This document shows, piece after piece, positions 19,112-28,639 of a stretch of DNA of 64,000 bases. The stretch's first letter is position 1; the number at the start of each line of letters is the position of its first letter. A program made the translations under genes and the position numbers. Source of the DNA: an uncultured Chloroflexia bacterium (GTDB lineage: Bacteria; Chloroflexota; Anaerolineae; JAAYZQ01); the NCBI GenBank assembly GCA_963700285.1, contig CAVOXA010000010.1:2048001-2112000 (forward strand), given 5' to 3'. The notes beneath the pieces were generated by a model, which was not told the origin of the DNA, searched no databases, and saw only the letters and a program-made list of their open reading frames with translations.

Positions 19112-21466
19112 CTAGAGTCGCGCAGCATCCAGGTCGGCTTGCAATTGGTCCAATCGGTCCTCTCGTTCGCGGACAAACCGCTCGATCCCTGCCAATATCC
19201 ACTGGGGCGATAGGTGTGCTTCCTCGATTACCTCCTCCAGTGTTCCGCCAGTGCGCCAGCGATCGTCCCAGTCGGAAGACAATGCATACGTCTCAGATAC
19301 CTTGCTAAACAGCCAGTCGTGCATCAACCAGCGGGCTTGGGTGGTGATCACCGTCGAGTCTACCCGGTCACGGGCAGGTAGGATCTGTTCTTTGTATTCG
19401 GACGACTGCATAGCGAAAAGCTGGGGACTGATGGCAGCCACGATTTTCACGTCGAGCTCGCGCTCTTCCAGCTCGGGCAGAAGCTTGATGATGTTGGCCA
19501 TGGCACTGGTCCCCTGAACGATCAGCGTGCCACCGCGCGGCCTTCCCGGTTTATAGTCTCGTACCAGGTAGGCGCCTTTGGCTGCCTGGAAATGTGAGGC
19601 CATACCTAGCGCTTCTCGGTCGGGAATCTCGATGGCCGGCCGGGTAAGGTGCAGAGCGATGATCGGCACATCGGTTTCCAGCGCAGCGCCCAGGACGACT
19701 GGTACCTCGTTGTGCTCCCAGGGGTGGAGATTGATGATCTGTCCCTCGGGAAAGAGCTGGGTAACACCGGGGGCGAAAATGCCAAAGTGGGTACGTGAGT
19801 CATCGGCTGTCTCAGGGCCGGAATGGCCAGCGACCCACAAGACCTTGCCCATCTTGAGCTGGCAATCTTGGGTCATCTGGCTAAAGAGACGCAGGAGGCC
19901 ATACTTCAAGTAACTGAAGGAACCGTAGGTCGAGGCTGCGCCATAGAAGCCATCAAAGTTGGCTTCAGGATCTTCCGCTAGATTCACCGAGGCTGCTCCG
20001 GCCATGATGCCGGCGTTGGCAAACTCGGTGATGCCCTGCGGCAGCATCACGCCTTCAGGGCCGCCCCTGCGTTCATACCAGCCATAGCCCTCAAACTCGT
20101 CCCATGGCTTCCCAAAGCCACTGATGTTTGTCGAGTCAGCCAGGTCGGCCGAGCAGGCCAGAAAGATCGGCCGGTCATATTCTTGATGCCCAAAGCCATT
20201 GACCCAAGCCCCCCACTTGGCAAGGGCGTTGCGATTTGCAGCTTTGCTTCCAGGAGGCAGGTACATCTCCTTGGGATAGCTCCGATAATCGTAGAGCCGC
20301 TTGTCCTTGAAGGGGTTCCCTCTATGGCCGATGCGCAGGGCCGCCGCCTCTTCTGGAACTGAATCGCCTCGGGCAACGAGGGTCTCAGCTAAATAGTCCA
20401 CGAGGGCTTGGTCGGATCGTAGGGCGTCGGCAACGACCTTCAAGTTCGCCCCGAATTGGGTTTCCAATGCCCCGGGTTCGGAGGGAGCCGGCTGCCCAAC
20501 GCCATGCCAGTCGACGCCGTACTTGGCCGCAAAATCGGCCTTGGTACGCCAGAACAGCTCGCTGTTGATCTGATGCGGGCTGCCATGGGATTTGTTGTCA
20601 TACTTGTAGTAGCCGCGCCCCTTGCGGGTTTTGACCCAGGTGACACTGGGGCTGCTATCGGGATTGGGTTGCATGATCATCTGGAGGATGGCCTGCGTCA
20701 CCGGCCCCCATTCACTGCCCAGTTCAGCGCCAAATACACGCCATCCGTGAGACGCGAACCATTCTGTGGGCGTACCATGGACTACGGTGCTGAGTGCATG
20801 ATCGTCAATGCCAAAGTCATTCCAGTCCACGACATAGTACAAGTTGTCTAGGGCCAATCCCCATGCCGAGTTCATCACCTCGTGGCTGGCACCGGGTGTG
20901 AGGCCTCCCTCACCCTCAAAAGCCCACACTCTGACCCCTCTGGCGCCGGCCCGCTTGAGTGCCAATGCCTCACCCGCAGCCGCGGGAGAGCCATGGCCCG
21001 ATGGCCCGGTGTTGAACTTGAGGAATAGTGTCTTGCCTTCCATTTCCGCGTGACCGGAGAGGCCGCCTTTGCGCCGGAAGCCAAGTAGATCTTGCCAATA
21101 GACGGCGCGGTCCGGGCGAACGTAGTAGCGCTTGTCCCCTGTCTGCTCGTATTTGATGCGCATCGCTTCGTTGAACACTGCCAGAGTGGCATAGATGAGT
21201 GGGATGGTATGGCCGGCAACCAGTACGAACCGGTCGCCATATCGCTTTTCCGGATGACGGATATCCCAGCGCATGGCGCCACTGAGCAAAGTTACCAGCA
21301 GCGCGTGCACCTTGGAGCGCGAGCCGCCAGGATGACCGCTCTGGCGGTAGTTGAGCATCAGGTCAATATTCTGGTCAATCAGATCTTTGGTCCTTTCCCA
21401 ATAGGGGAAAAGCTGGGATAGTTCATGGTAGTGCTGGCTGATCGCTTCATCCTGGGTACGGGTCAT
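19112..21466 (-). CDS. tkt: Transketolase
   Basis: SGHPGGS, DRFVLVAGH, LSGHAE, TGPSGHG, ThDP motif GEGG...N, SADLADS, GITEF, THFG. Confidence 0.9.
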   Translation of the reverse strand: MTRTQDEAISQHYHELSQLFPYWERTKDLIDQNIDLMLNYRQSGHPGGSRSKVHALLVTLLSGAMRWDIRHPEKRYGDRFVLVAGHTIPLIYATLAVFNEAMRIKYEQTGDKRYYVRPDRAVYWQDLLGFRRKGGLSGHAEMEGKTLFLKFNTGPSGHGSPAAAGEALALKRAGARGVRVWAFEGEGGLTPGASHEVMNSAWGLALDNLYYVVDWNDFGIDDHALSTVVHGTPTEWFASHGWRVFGAELGSEWGPVTQAILQMIMQPNPDSSPSVTWVKTRKGRGYYKYDNKSHGSPHQINSELFWRTKADFAAKYGVDWHGVGQPAPSEPGALETQFGANLKVVADALRSDQALVDYLAETLVARGDSVPEEAAALRIGHRGNPFKDKRLYDYRSYPKEMYLPPGSKAANRNALAKWGAWVNGFGHQEYDRPIFLACSADLADSTNISGFGKPWDEFEGYGWYERRGGPEGVMLPQGITEFANAGIMAGAASVNLAEDPEANFDGFYGAASTYGSFSYLKYGLLRLFSQMTQDCQLKMGKVLWVAGHSGPETADDSRTHFGIFAPGVTQLFPEGQIINLHPWEHNEVPVVLGAALETDVPIIALHLTRPAIEIPDREALGMASHFQAAKGAYLVRDYKPGRPRGGTLIVQGTSAMANIIKLLPELEERELDVKIVAAISPQLFAMQSSEYKEQILPARDRVDSTVITTQARWLMHDWLFSKVSETYALSSDWDDRWRTGGTLEEVIEEAHLSPQWILAGIERFVREREDRLDQLQADLDAARL

Positions 21467-21517
21467 GGTCGTCTCCTTGCAGGATAGAACTGGCGTATGG
21501 GTACCTTCTCCGACCAC

Positions 21518-21609
21518 ATTCTATAGGAAGAGCCGACCATGGTCAAGCTGGCATCACTGCTCTGCTGGTTCGGCTAGAACTTGACTGGTCAGGGCCCTTG
21601 GCCTATACT
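21518..21609. promoter_or_regulatory. Back-to-back sigma70 promoters
   Basis: Minus strand TTGACC-N17-TAGAAT (21546-21518); plus strand TTGACT-N17-TATACT (21581-21609). Confidence 0.7.
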
Positions 21610-21775
21610 ATCTACACGCTTTATGCCATTTTCAAAGCACTGGTCCTCATTATCGATGGGGCGTCTGCTTTGATGCCCTCCGGTTGAGGTGAAGCCATAT
21701 ATCGAGCATCGAATCCCTGGTTGAGAGAGCGCCAGAGGCCAGCAGCATGCCAGAGAGGCCCATAGGAGTTGCACC

Positions 21776-22498
21776 ATGCCCGAACAGCGACAGTTCATCA
21801 TCATTGATCCCAGAGACAACGTAGCGACTGCCATTGTAGACCTCCGGGCTGGGGATAGAATGGAGGACGGAGCGCGAGTTATTGTTCTCGCCGGCGATGT
21901 TCCATTTGGGCACAAATTCGCCCTCGCGGATCTCTCAGAAGGCGAGTATGTCATCAAGTATGGCGTACCGATCGGCCGCGCTACTGCCTTGATTCGCGGA
22001 GGAGACCACGTCCACGTGCACAAAGATGCGAATCCCACGCCGGGGAATATCGCCGGTGGTTTGACCACGTTGGTCGAAAAATCGCTAGGCGGCGTGCGCA
22101 AGGGTGGGACTGCTCCGATTCAGGGTGTCTTGGTGCCAGGCGAGCAGGTGCGGGGCAGGAGATTGTGGGTCATGGATACGAGTATGGGCTTGGGTGCCTG
22201 TGGTAGCTCGGATATGCTGGCCGGCGGCGCGCAGATCATGGCCTACACCACTGGCCGGGGCAACCCGATAGGGTCTCACCTTGGGCCGGTGATAAAGATC
22301 ACTGCCACCCGGCGGACAGTCGAGACTCTGCCCGACATCATTGATTTCGATGCCAGCCCGGTGTTGTACGGGGAAGAAACCATTGAAGCGTGCGGTATGC
22401 GGCTCCTCGACGAGTTTGTGGCGGTGGCCAACGGCAAGCTCACCCGAGCTGAGGAATCGGGCCACACTGTGTTCGCCATCGGCAAGATGGCAGTTTGA
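21776..22498 (+). pseudogene. UxaA/GarD-family sugar-acid dehydratase with a large internal deletion (SAF domain fused to the C-terminal part)
   Basis: SAF domain DNVATA...VPFGHKFAL...KYG...HVHVH joined directly to NPTPGNIAGGLTTLVEKSLG...TTGRG; only 240 aa. Confidence 0.75.
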
Positions 22499-22747
22499 GG
22501 GCCACTCGAAAAGGTTCTCTGCTGCATTCCACCCATGCTGGCGTCGCCCGAACGTGATGGCGCAGGAAACCAATGGGTAGCCATTTGGCCAATCTCTGAG
22601 ACCGTGAGCGTCACTGGTCAGGGATATGGCAAGCATCTGTCGCTAGAACCGGAGACGGTTAGATGGGGCGGATCGTCAATCCCAAGGCGATGGGAGGGGA
22701 CTGGCACGGTGCCTTCCTTGTTCCTGCGCGGCCCGACCAGGCAGCTA

Positions 22748-24991
22748 TCAGCATTCGCTCAGAATGCGGTCCACCACCAACTGGCGGAACTCTGGGGACA
22801 GGCTGGCAAAGTAAGCGCTGAAGCCGGTCACGCGCACGACCAGATCAGGGTACTTGTTCGGGTCGTTGTGAGCCTCTAACACCTGGGTGGCGTCCATGAT
22901 ATTCATGTTGATCTGCGTTCCCCCCAGATCAAAGTGAGTTCTGATCAGATTGGCCACATGCTCGACGCCGTTGGTATTGTCGCAGAGGCTCCTGTCCAAC
23001 TCAATCTGCATCGGGGCTGTGTTTCCATAGCCTGGCTGGACGGAGGCGATGGCCACGGCCATGGCCGTGGGTGCGGCGTCCCTGCGAAAGCCCGGATCGG
23101 GATTGGCCCCGTGCGAGATAGGGGCGCCTGCCCGCCGGCCGTTGGGCGTAGCTCCTACTTTCTGACCCAGCGGGATCGTATGGGCCCAGGAGAACAAACC
23201 TGGAAGCATCTTGAACCCGGTCGGGGTTGGTCTCTCGACAACCAGGTCAGAAAAAGTTCGCACAATGCGCGATGCGTATTCGTCGGCCAGGGACCGACCT
23301 TTGCCGTAACGCGGGATGCTGCGCATCATCAGTCTCGCCCGTTCGCCGTCGGGGCCGGCCCAGTCGCTGTCCAGGTAGGCCAGAAGCTCATCCCAAGTCA
23401 GGCGCTGTTCCAGCGCCACCCTCTGCGCAATCGCGGCAAAGGAATCGGCGACGGTGGCCAGCGCTGCGCCGTCCACCCCAAAGTTATAGTACTCTACTCC
23501 ACCATGGGAGGCGTCGATGCCTTTTTCGATGGGGCCATGACAGCAAAGGTCGAGGACCAATTCGGGGAACACCTGGTGCATATGCTCCACGTGGAAGTCC
23601 AGTCCCTCGGCAATGGCTTTCACCGCCAGTCGTAGATGGCGTACGAAGCGTTGCCACAGTTCCTCGATCCCTGGCTGGGTCTGGGTGTCGGCCATCATCT
23701 CTTTCAATGCGTACTCAAAGATGGAGGCAAAGTTGATCTTGATGCAGTCGTTCAAGGAATACTCGCGCCCAGGTAGGGACGTCCACTGGCAGCCGGCGTA
23801 GACGCGCTCGCGGCCAAGTTCCACAGGGAATCCGCTGCGGGCAAAGCCTTGCGTCGTTCGGTCGACGCCCAGGAACTTGGGAACGCCGGTCTTGTCTTCG
23901 AACAGGATCTCGACTCCCCGATGTAGCAGACCGGGATCGACGTTGTCACCCACACTCACGCCAACATTGGCCGGGGTTTTGAGGCGATGCGCAGCCTCAA
24001 GGACGAGGTAGGAGAGCTGGCTGGTCACATCTCGACCGTTTCTGTCTGGCCCGCCCAATTGGAGGTAGGCCGTGTCTCTCAGCAGCAGACAGGCGATGTG
24101 AAAGATGGCTTCCTCGTCCGTCAAGATGCCTTTGGCCATGTCTCGTTCGTAGAAGGGTTGCAGTAGCACGTCGAGGCGGCCTAACGAGCCACTGCCGTTG
24201 TACATGCGAGCCGTGATCTGGAACCACAGAATCCACTGGCACGCCTCGCGAAAGGTCTCAGGTGGTTCCGTCACCAGACGTTCGTTGATGGAAGCTATTT
24301 CTTTCAGGTTGGCCCGCAGCTGCGGCTCTTCTTCGCCCTCGGCCATTTCGCCAGCGGCCATGGCATGGCGCTGGATCCAGTTCTGTATGCCCAGTACAAC
24401 GTCTTCCAAGCCCTGGTAGAAATCTGCGCCTCGGGGGGCATTGAGTTGTCTGTGGCGCCGAATCTTGTCCAGGATGCCGCCCCATCCCAGGTCCAACCCG
24501 ATGCGGAGATCTTGGCTGAAATGCTGCATTGCGCCGATGCCGTGCAGCAGCTTGTACCTCTCATGTGCTTCCACCAGATGCGGTTGCAGCTTTAAGGGAT
24601 CAAGATCAGGATTCCAGTGCGGTTGGCGACAGGACGCAAAGTTGACCATGTAGCCGCCGGCCAGCGAGCTGATAGGGTCTATGTACGTTGGGTGACTCTC
24701 CAGCAGTGCGCGAAAGTTCTCACCACACGCACTGGGTCCAAAAAAGCCGCCGCTGGGATGGCTACTCTTGACCTCAAAGTCTCGCAAGGTACAGTCAGTG
24801 ATCAGCATACCAGACGAACTCTTTGTCTCCACAATCTTTCTACGGTCACTCGGCGGCAGGATTTGCGCCCAATCGTCATGATCCATCGAACCCAGCACTT
24901 GCTGCTTTTCTGCGGTCTGGTGCTGCTTGGTGAGCCGAAGAATGTCTATCCTTTGCTGATAGGTGAGTTGTTCCGGTACTGATTCCGTCAT
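22748..24991 (-). CDS. Glycyl-radical enzyme (PFL-like family), substrate unknown
   Basis: C-terminal YPDLVVRVTGFSAYF glycyl-radical motif; PPETFREACQ, SLGRLD, GATPNGR; Cys loop YAGCQW; alternative GTG start 25078. Confidence 0.92.
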   Translation of the reverse strand: MTESVPEQLTYQQRIDILRLTKQHQTAEKQQVLGSMDHDDWAQILPPSDRRKIVETKSSSGMLITDCTLRDFEVKSSHPSGGFFGPSACGENFRALLESHPTYIDPISSLAGGYMVNFASCRQPHWNPDLDPLKLQPHLVEAHERYKLLHGIGAMQHFSQDLRIGLDLGWGGILDKIRRHRQLNAPRGADFYQGLEDVVLGIQNWIQRHAMAAGEMAEGEEEPQLRANLKEIASINERLVTEPPETFREACQWILWFQITARMYNGSGSLGRLDVLLQPFYERDMAKGILTDEEAIFHIACLLLRDTAYLQLGGPDRNGRDVTSQLSYLVLEAAHRLKTPANVGVSVGDNVDPGLLHRGVEILFEDKTGVPKFLGVDRTTQGFARSGFPVELGRERVYAGCQWTSLPGREYSLNDCIKINFASIFEYALKEMMADTQTQPGIEELWQRFVRHLRLAVKAIAEGLDFHVEHMHQVFPELVLDLCCHGPIEKGIDASHGGVEYYNFGVDGAALATVADSFAAIAQRVALEQRLTWDELLAYLDSDWAGPDGERARLMMRSIPRYGKGRSLADEYASRIVRTFSDLVVERPTPTGFKMLPGLFSWAHTIPLGQKVGATPNGRRAGAPISHGANPDPGFRRDAAPTAMAVAIASVQPGYGNTAPMQIELDRSLCDNTNGVEHVANLIRTHFDLGGTQINMNIMDATQVLEAHNDPNKYPDLVVRVTGFSAYFASLSPEFRQLVVDRILSEC

Positions 24992-25128
24992 GGTTAAGAA
25001 TGGCTCCTGTCCTGCCAGATCTCGGCTGAGCTTTGGTCTGAGCGTGGGGTACTCACGATCCTCGAGTTGGACTACCACAGCCTTACCGCGGGCGATAAGC
25101 CCTGGCCTACTCCTGCGTGTTGTCGGGC

Positions 25129-26070
25129 CTAGTCACGGTATGTGACCCCGTGGGAGAGAGCTATCCGCTTCAATTGTTCCATCTTGCCTTTTGTTGGAGC
25201 CTCCAGCTTGTTCGCTTTATAGTCCCAGCCGAGGCTCTGGTATTTGTCAGCGGCCAGCCGGTGGAAGGCCAGCAACTCGAAAGCAGGCGGAGGCACCTCC
25301 GTCCCTTGGTTTTTGCTTTCCAGCCTGAGATCCGCCAGTTGCCGCACAAAGGCGGCGATGGCGCCTATTTCTTCCGGGGTGTCGTTGATTGTGGGCACGA
25401 CGGGCACACGAAAGAGGACAGTTTTGTCCGTCTGCATCAACTGCCGCGCATTGGCCAGAATCCGCTCGTTAGGAACACCCGTCGCCGCACGATGCTTGTC
25501 GGAGTCCATGTGTTTGAGATCCATCATAACCAGATCGGTGGTTGGCAAAAGCTCGGCCAAGCTCCTCCAGGGGCAATTGGCTGTTGTCTCTATCGCTGTG
25601 TGGATTCCCTCAGCCTTACAGCGTTCCAAAATCGTCCGTGCAAACGCTCGCTGCAACAGCGGTTCGCCGCCCGACAGAGTAACCCCACCTCCGGAGTTGG
25701 CGTAGAAAGCAAGGTCCTGCAGTACCTCGGCCATGACCTCATCTATACTCATCACGCTCCCGGTCAGCTCCAGCGCTCCCGCATAGCACGTCTCTGTACA
25801 CCGACCACAGGCCTGGCACACACTCCGGTCAAAGTCATGCGCATCGCGTTCCAGGACGTGCGCTCCCTCGGGACACACGAGAACGCAATCACCGCAGCCG
25901 ATGCAGCGTTCTGGGTAGAACTGGACTTCCGCCGTAGCGCGAATACCTTCTGGATTGTGGCACCAGAAACAGCGCAGCCAGCAACCCTTCAGGAATACGG
26001 TGGTACGGATTCCCGGTCCGTCGTGGATAGAGAACCGTTGGATGTTGAAAACAGTTCCGGTCCTGACCAT
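25129..26070 (-). CDS. Glycyl-radical enzyme activase (radical SAM with ferredoxin insert)
   Basis: IQRFSIHDGPGIRTTVFLKGCWLRCFWCHNPE; two CxxCxxCxxxC motifs; GGVTLSGGEP. Confidence 0.96.
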   Translation of the reverse strand: MVRTGTVFNIQRFSIHDGPGIRTTVFLKGCWLRCFWCHNPEGIRATAEVQFYPERCIGCGDCVLVCPEGAHVLERDAHDFDRSVCQACGRCTETCYAGALELTGSVMSIDEVMAEVLQDLAFYANSGGGVTLSGGEPLLQRAFARTILERCKAEGIHTAIETTANCPWRSLAELLPTTDLVMMDLKHMDSDKHRAATGVPNERILANARQLMQTDKTVLFRVPVVPTINDTPEEIGAIAAFVRQLADLRLESKNQGTEVPPPAFELLAFHRLAADKYQSLGWDYKANKLEAPTKGKMEQLKRIALSHGVTYRD

Positions 26071-26088
26071 GTACGCCTGCAGTGCCCT

Positions 26089-26469
26089 CTACATCGCGGC
26101 CAGTGCCGCAAAGTAGGCCTTCAACCCTTGGGCGTCGCGGTAAAGGGGAGGGACGATGCTACTGATTCCGTCTGCGCCCGACTGTTGAGCGTGCGGTGCT
26201 AGGTCAACCGCGTCGTGCAGGGCCACAGAGCCGACTTGGACGATCACCGGTATGCGCCCACGGACTTGGTCCAAGGCGGCTTCGACGATCAACTTGTGCT
26301 CGTCCATGGACATGAAAATGCCCTGGCCTGTGGAGCCGCAGAGGTAGAGGCCACCCGCTCCTTTTTCGATAAAAAACTCGGCCAGGCCGCTCAATACTAC
26401 GACATTGACCGTGTTCTCGCTGGTAAACGGCGTGACAAGGACTGGCCACGCGCCACTGAACGCCGCCAT
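26089..26469 (-). pseudogene. Truncated DHDPS/NanA-family aldolase (N-terminal 126 aa only)
   Basis: LVTPF...GLYLCGSTGQG...PVIVQVG...GADGISSIVPPLY; stops before the Schiff-base Lys. Confidence 0.82.
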
Positions 26470-26754
26470 TGCTGTCCTCTGGTGCCAGTTTATCAAGTAC
26501 TCCCACCTGGCTGTAACCTGCCGCTGTGGCACGCGACTGTTTGCCAGCTCAGGCCAATCTGGGATCACCTCATCGGCTGTTCTGTTCTCAATTGTACCAG
26601 GAAAGGGGAAATGTGAAAAGTTACTCATTTGTGGATGTCCAGACGGGCAGCTCCGATCTAGCGCAATGAGCGCTATGGCTTCACCAGCAAGTCTCGGCTA
26701 GACCGCGGGGGTAGTGGGCGTGCTTCTGGTAGTTGGGCTCGCATGCTGCCGAAC

Positions 26755-28014
26755 TCAACCCATCACTGAGACCATCGGCACTAACCTTGCCAGCAACAAC
26801 GATCTCAGGTCCTCGGGTTCAGACTGTTCAATACGCAACGTTTCGCTGCTGTGGAAAGCCATGAACTCGCGCAGTGCACCAGAGATTCCGGCCAGAAGTT
26901 CGTCGGTAATGGGCTGGCCCGGCTCCAGGTAGATGGCGCGGACGATGAGGGTCTTGGTCTTTCGGTCAGCCTTGGGATCCAGGCGACCAACCAACCGGCC
27001 CTGGTGTAGGATGGGCAGGACGTAGTAGCCGTACAGGCGCTTGGCGGCGGGCAGGTACATCTCGACCCGGTAGTAGAAATCAAATAGGTCCTCGACCCGC
27101 TGGCGATCCCAGATCAGGTTATCAAATGGGGACAAAAAGGTCGTCAGGTCTGGCTGGTACAGGCCAGCCTGGATGTCGCCGATAAGCTTGAGATCCGCGG
27201 GAACGAGATATGCCTTGTCTTTCCAGCTTTCTACCTCAGCCGGCAATAGAACATCTTCTGCTACCAGGGAGCAAACAGTGGCCTGGGTGGCCGTCTTTTT
27301 CTGGCGGTAATAGTCACTGATCTGACTCACAGTGGCTACTCCCAGGCAGGAAGCGCTGCGAAGGGTTGCCCATCGCTGATAATCGGCCAAACTACGCCGC
27401 GGTACCGGTACCTCTGGCAGGACGCGCTCAGCCAAGTCATAGTATCGCTGGAAGCCTTCCCGGCGATCTACAGCCAGGTGGCCCCTATTAAACAGGATCT
27501 CCAGGGCGATCTTGGCCGGCTTCCAATCCCACCAGGTGCCCCGCTTATCGCGTGGGTCCTCAAAATCCCTGGAAGCCAGCGGTCCCCGCTCGCGAGTCTC
27601 GGCCATGACGGCGTCCAACATGCCTTGGGGATCGTTGCCCAGGCGCGTTTCTGTCTGCTTGTGCAGTGGGCGTTCCCGGCGGGCCAGGATAGCTGGGCGA
27701 AAGTGGGAATAGCTTTCCACTGGGATGAGACAGGCAGCGTGAGCCCATTGTTCGAACAGGCGCCGGTCCGGGTAAAGCAGGGCATCCAGGTCAGCAGGCT
27801 CGTAGGGGCCCACACGGCTGAGCATCACCAGATAATGGCTGCGGGCTACGACGCTGATGGTGTCGAGTTGTAGGAGGCCGATCCGGCGTACAATGTCCAA
27901 TAGGGTCCCCTTATCAGCAGTTTGGGGACGGCGATGAAGGCCCTGCTTTACCACGCTCAGGATACGGACTGTGTCCAGTGACAGCTTGATTGGGCTGGGT
28001 TGTGCTGGTGGCAT
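26755..28014 (-). CDS. YcaQ/AlkZ-family (HTH_42) interstrand-crosslink DNA glycosylase
   Basis: LLQLDTISVVARSHY (QxD motif), FEQWAHAACL, FLSPFDNLIWDR, YGYYVLP, GRLDPKADR. Confidence 0.9.
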   Translation of the reverse strand: MPPAQPSPIKLSLDTVRILSVVKQGLHRRPQTADKGTLLDIVRRIGLLQLDTISVVARSHYLVMLSRVGPYEPADLDALLYPDRRLFEQWAHAACLIPVESYSHFRPAILARRERPLHKQTETRLGNDPQGMLDAVMAETRERGPLASRDFEDPRDKRGTWWDWKPAKIALEILFNRGHLAVDRREGFQRYYDLAERVLPEVPVPRRSLADYQRWATLRSASCLGVATVSQISDYYRQKKTATQATVCSLVAEDVLLPAEVESWKDKAYLVPADLKLIGDIQAGLYQPDLTTFLSPFDNLIWDRQRVEDLFDFYYRVEMYLPAAKRLYGYYVLPILHQGRLVGRLDPKADRKTKTLIVRAIYLEPGQPITDELLAGISGALREFMAFHSSETLRIEQSEPEDLRSLLLARLVPMVSVMG

Positions 28015-28032
28015 TGGTACCTCCAAGCGCGC

Positions 28033-28635
28033 TTACATCGTCAGCCGGTATTCGAGCTGGATCTCGTCGCGCACCGGGATGCCGGCAAATCCCGAAAGCT
28101 CACCACCGTGATGCCGGGCGATACGGCCAGGCTTGATCCCGGTGATACGAAAACCATAGCGCTGGTAGAGGCCAAGGGCAGGGAGATCGTCGTTAGAGGT
28201 GGCGACAATGACGCGCGCCAGGCTACGCTGGGATGCATCGTTGCGCACGGCATCCAACAGCGCTCGTCCTGTCCCCTGACCCTGGTAGTCAGGCAGCACG
28301 TTTAGCATGACCAATGCCAGTGTATTCCAAGCGACCTCAACGGCATAGGCGGCCAGGCCCGCGACTTTGTCTCCCTCGCAGGCGAGGAAAGCAGGGCAAC
28401 GCAGCACATCATACACTCGGTCGAAACACTCGACCTTGGTCTCATCCCAAAAGTAGAGGGACAGCGTTTCGATGTGGGCCAAGTCAGCGACCACTGCCGG
28501 GCGGATAGTCAATGGCCTGATGGTTGGGATGCTCTCCGCGGCGACGACTTCCAACCGGGCGTGTTCCAGGCAGACACGCTGTCCGGTATGACGGTCACGA
28601 TACTGAGATTTCTCTCCGCAGAATACGCACGACAT
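28033..28635 (-). CDS. GNAT acetyltransferase with an N-terminal zinc-finger-like motif
   Basis: VLPDYQGQGTGRALL, TSNDDLPALGLYQRYGF, GIPVRDEI; N-terminal CxxC...C..H. Confidence 0.88.
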   Translation of the reverse strand: MSCVFCGEKSQYRDRHTGQRVCLEHARLEVVAAESIPTIRPLTIRPAVVADLAHIETLSLYFWDETKVECFDRVYDVLRCPAFLACEGDKVAGLAAYAVEVAWNTLALVMLNVLPDYQGQGTGRALLDAVRNDASQRSLARVIVATSNDDLPALGLYQRYGFRITGIKPGRIARHHGGELSGFAGIPVRDEIQLEYRLTM

Positions 28636-28639
28636 CGCC

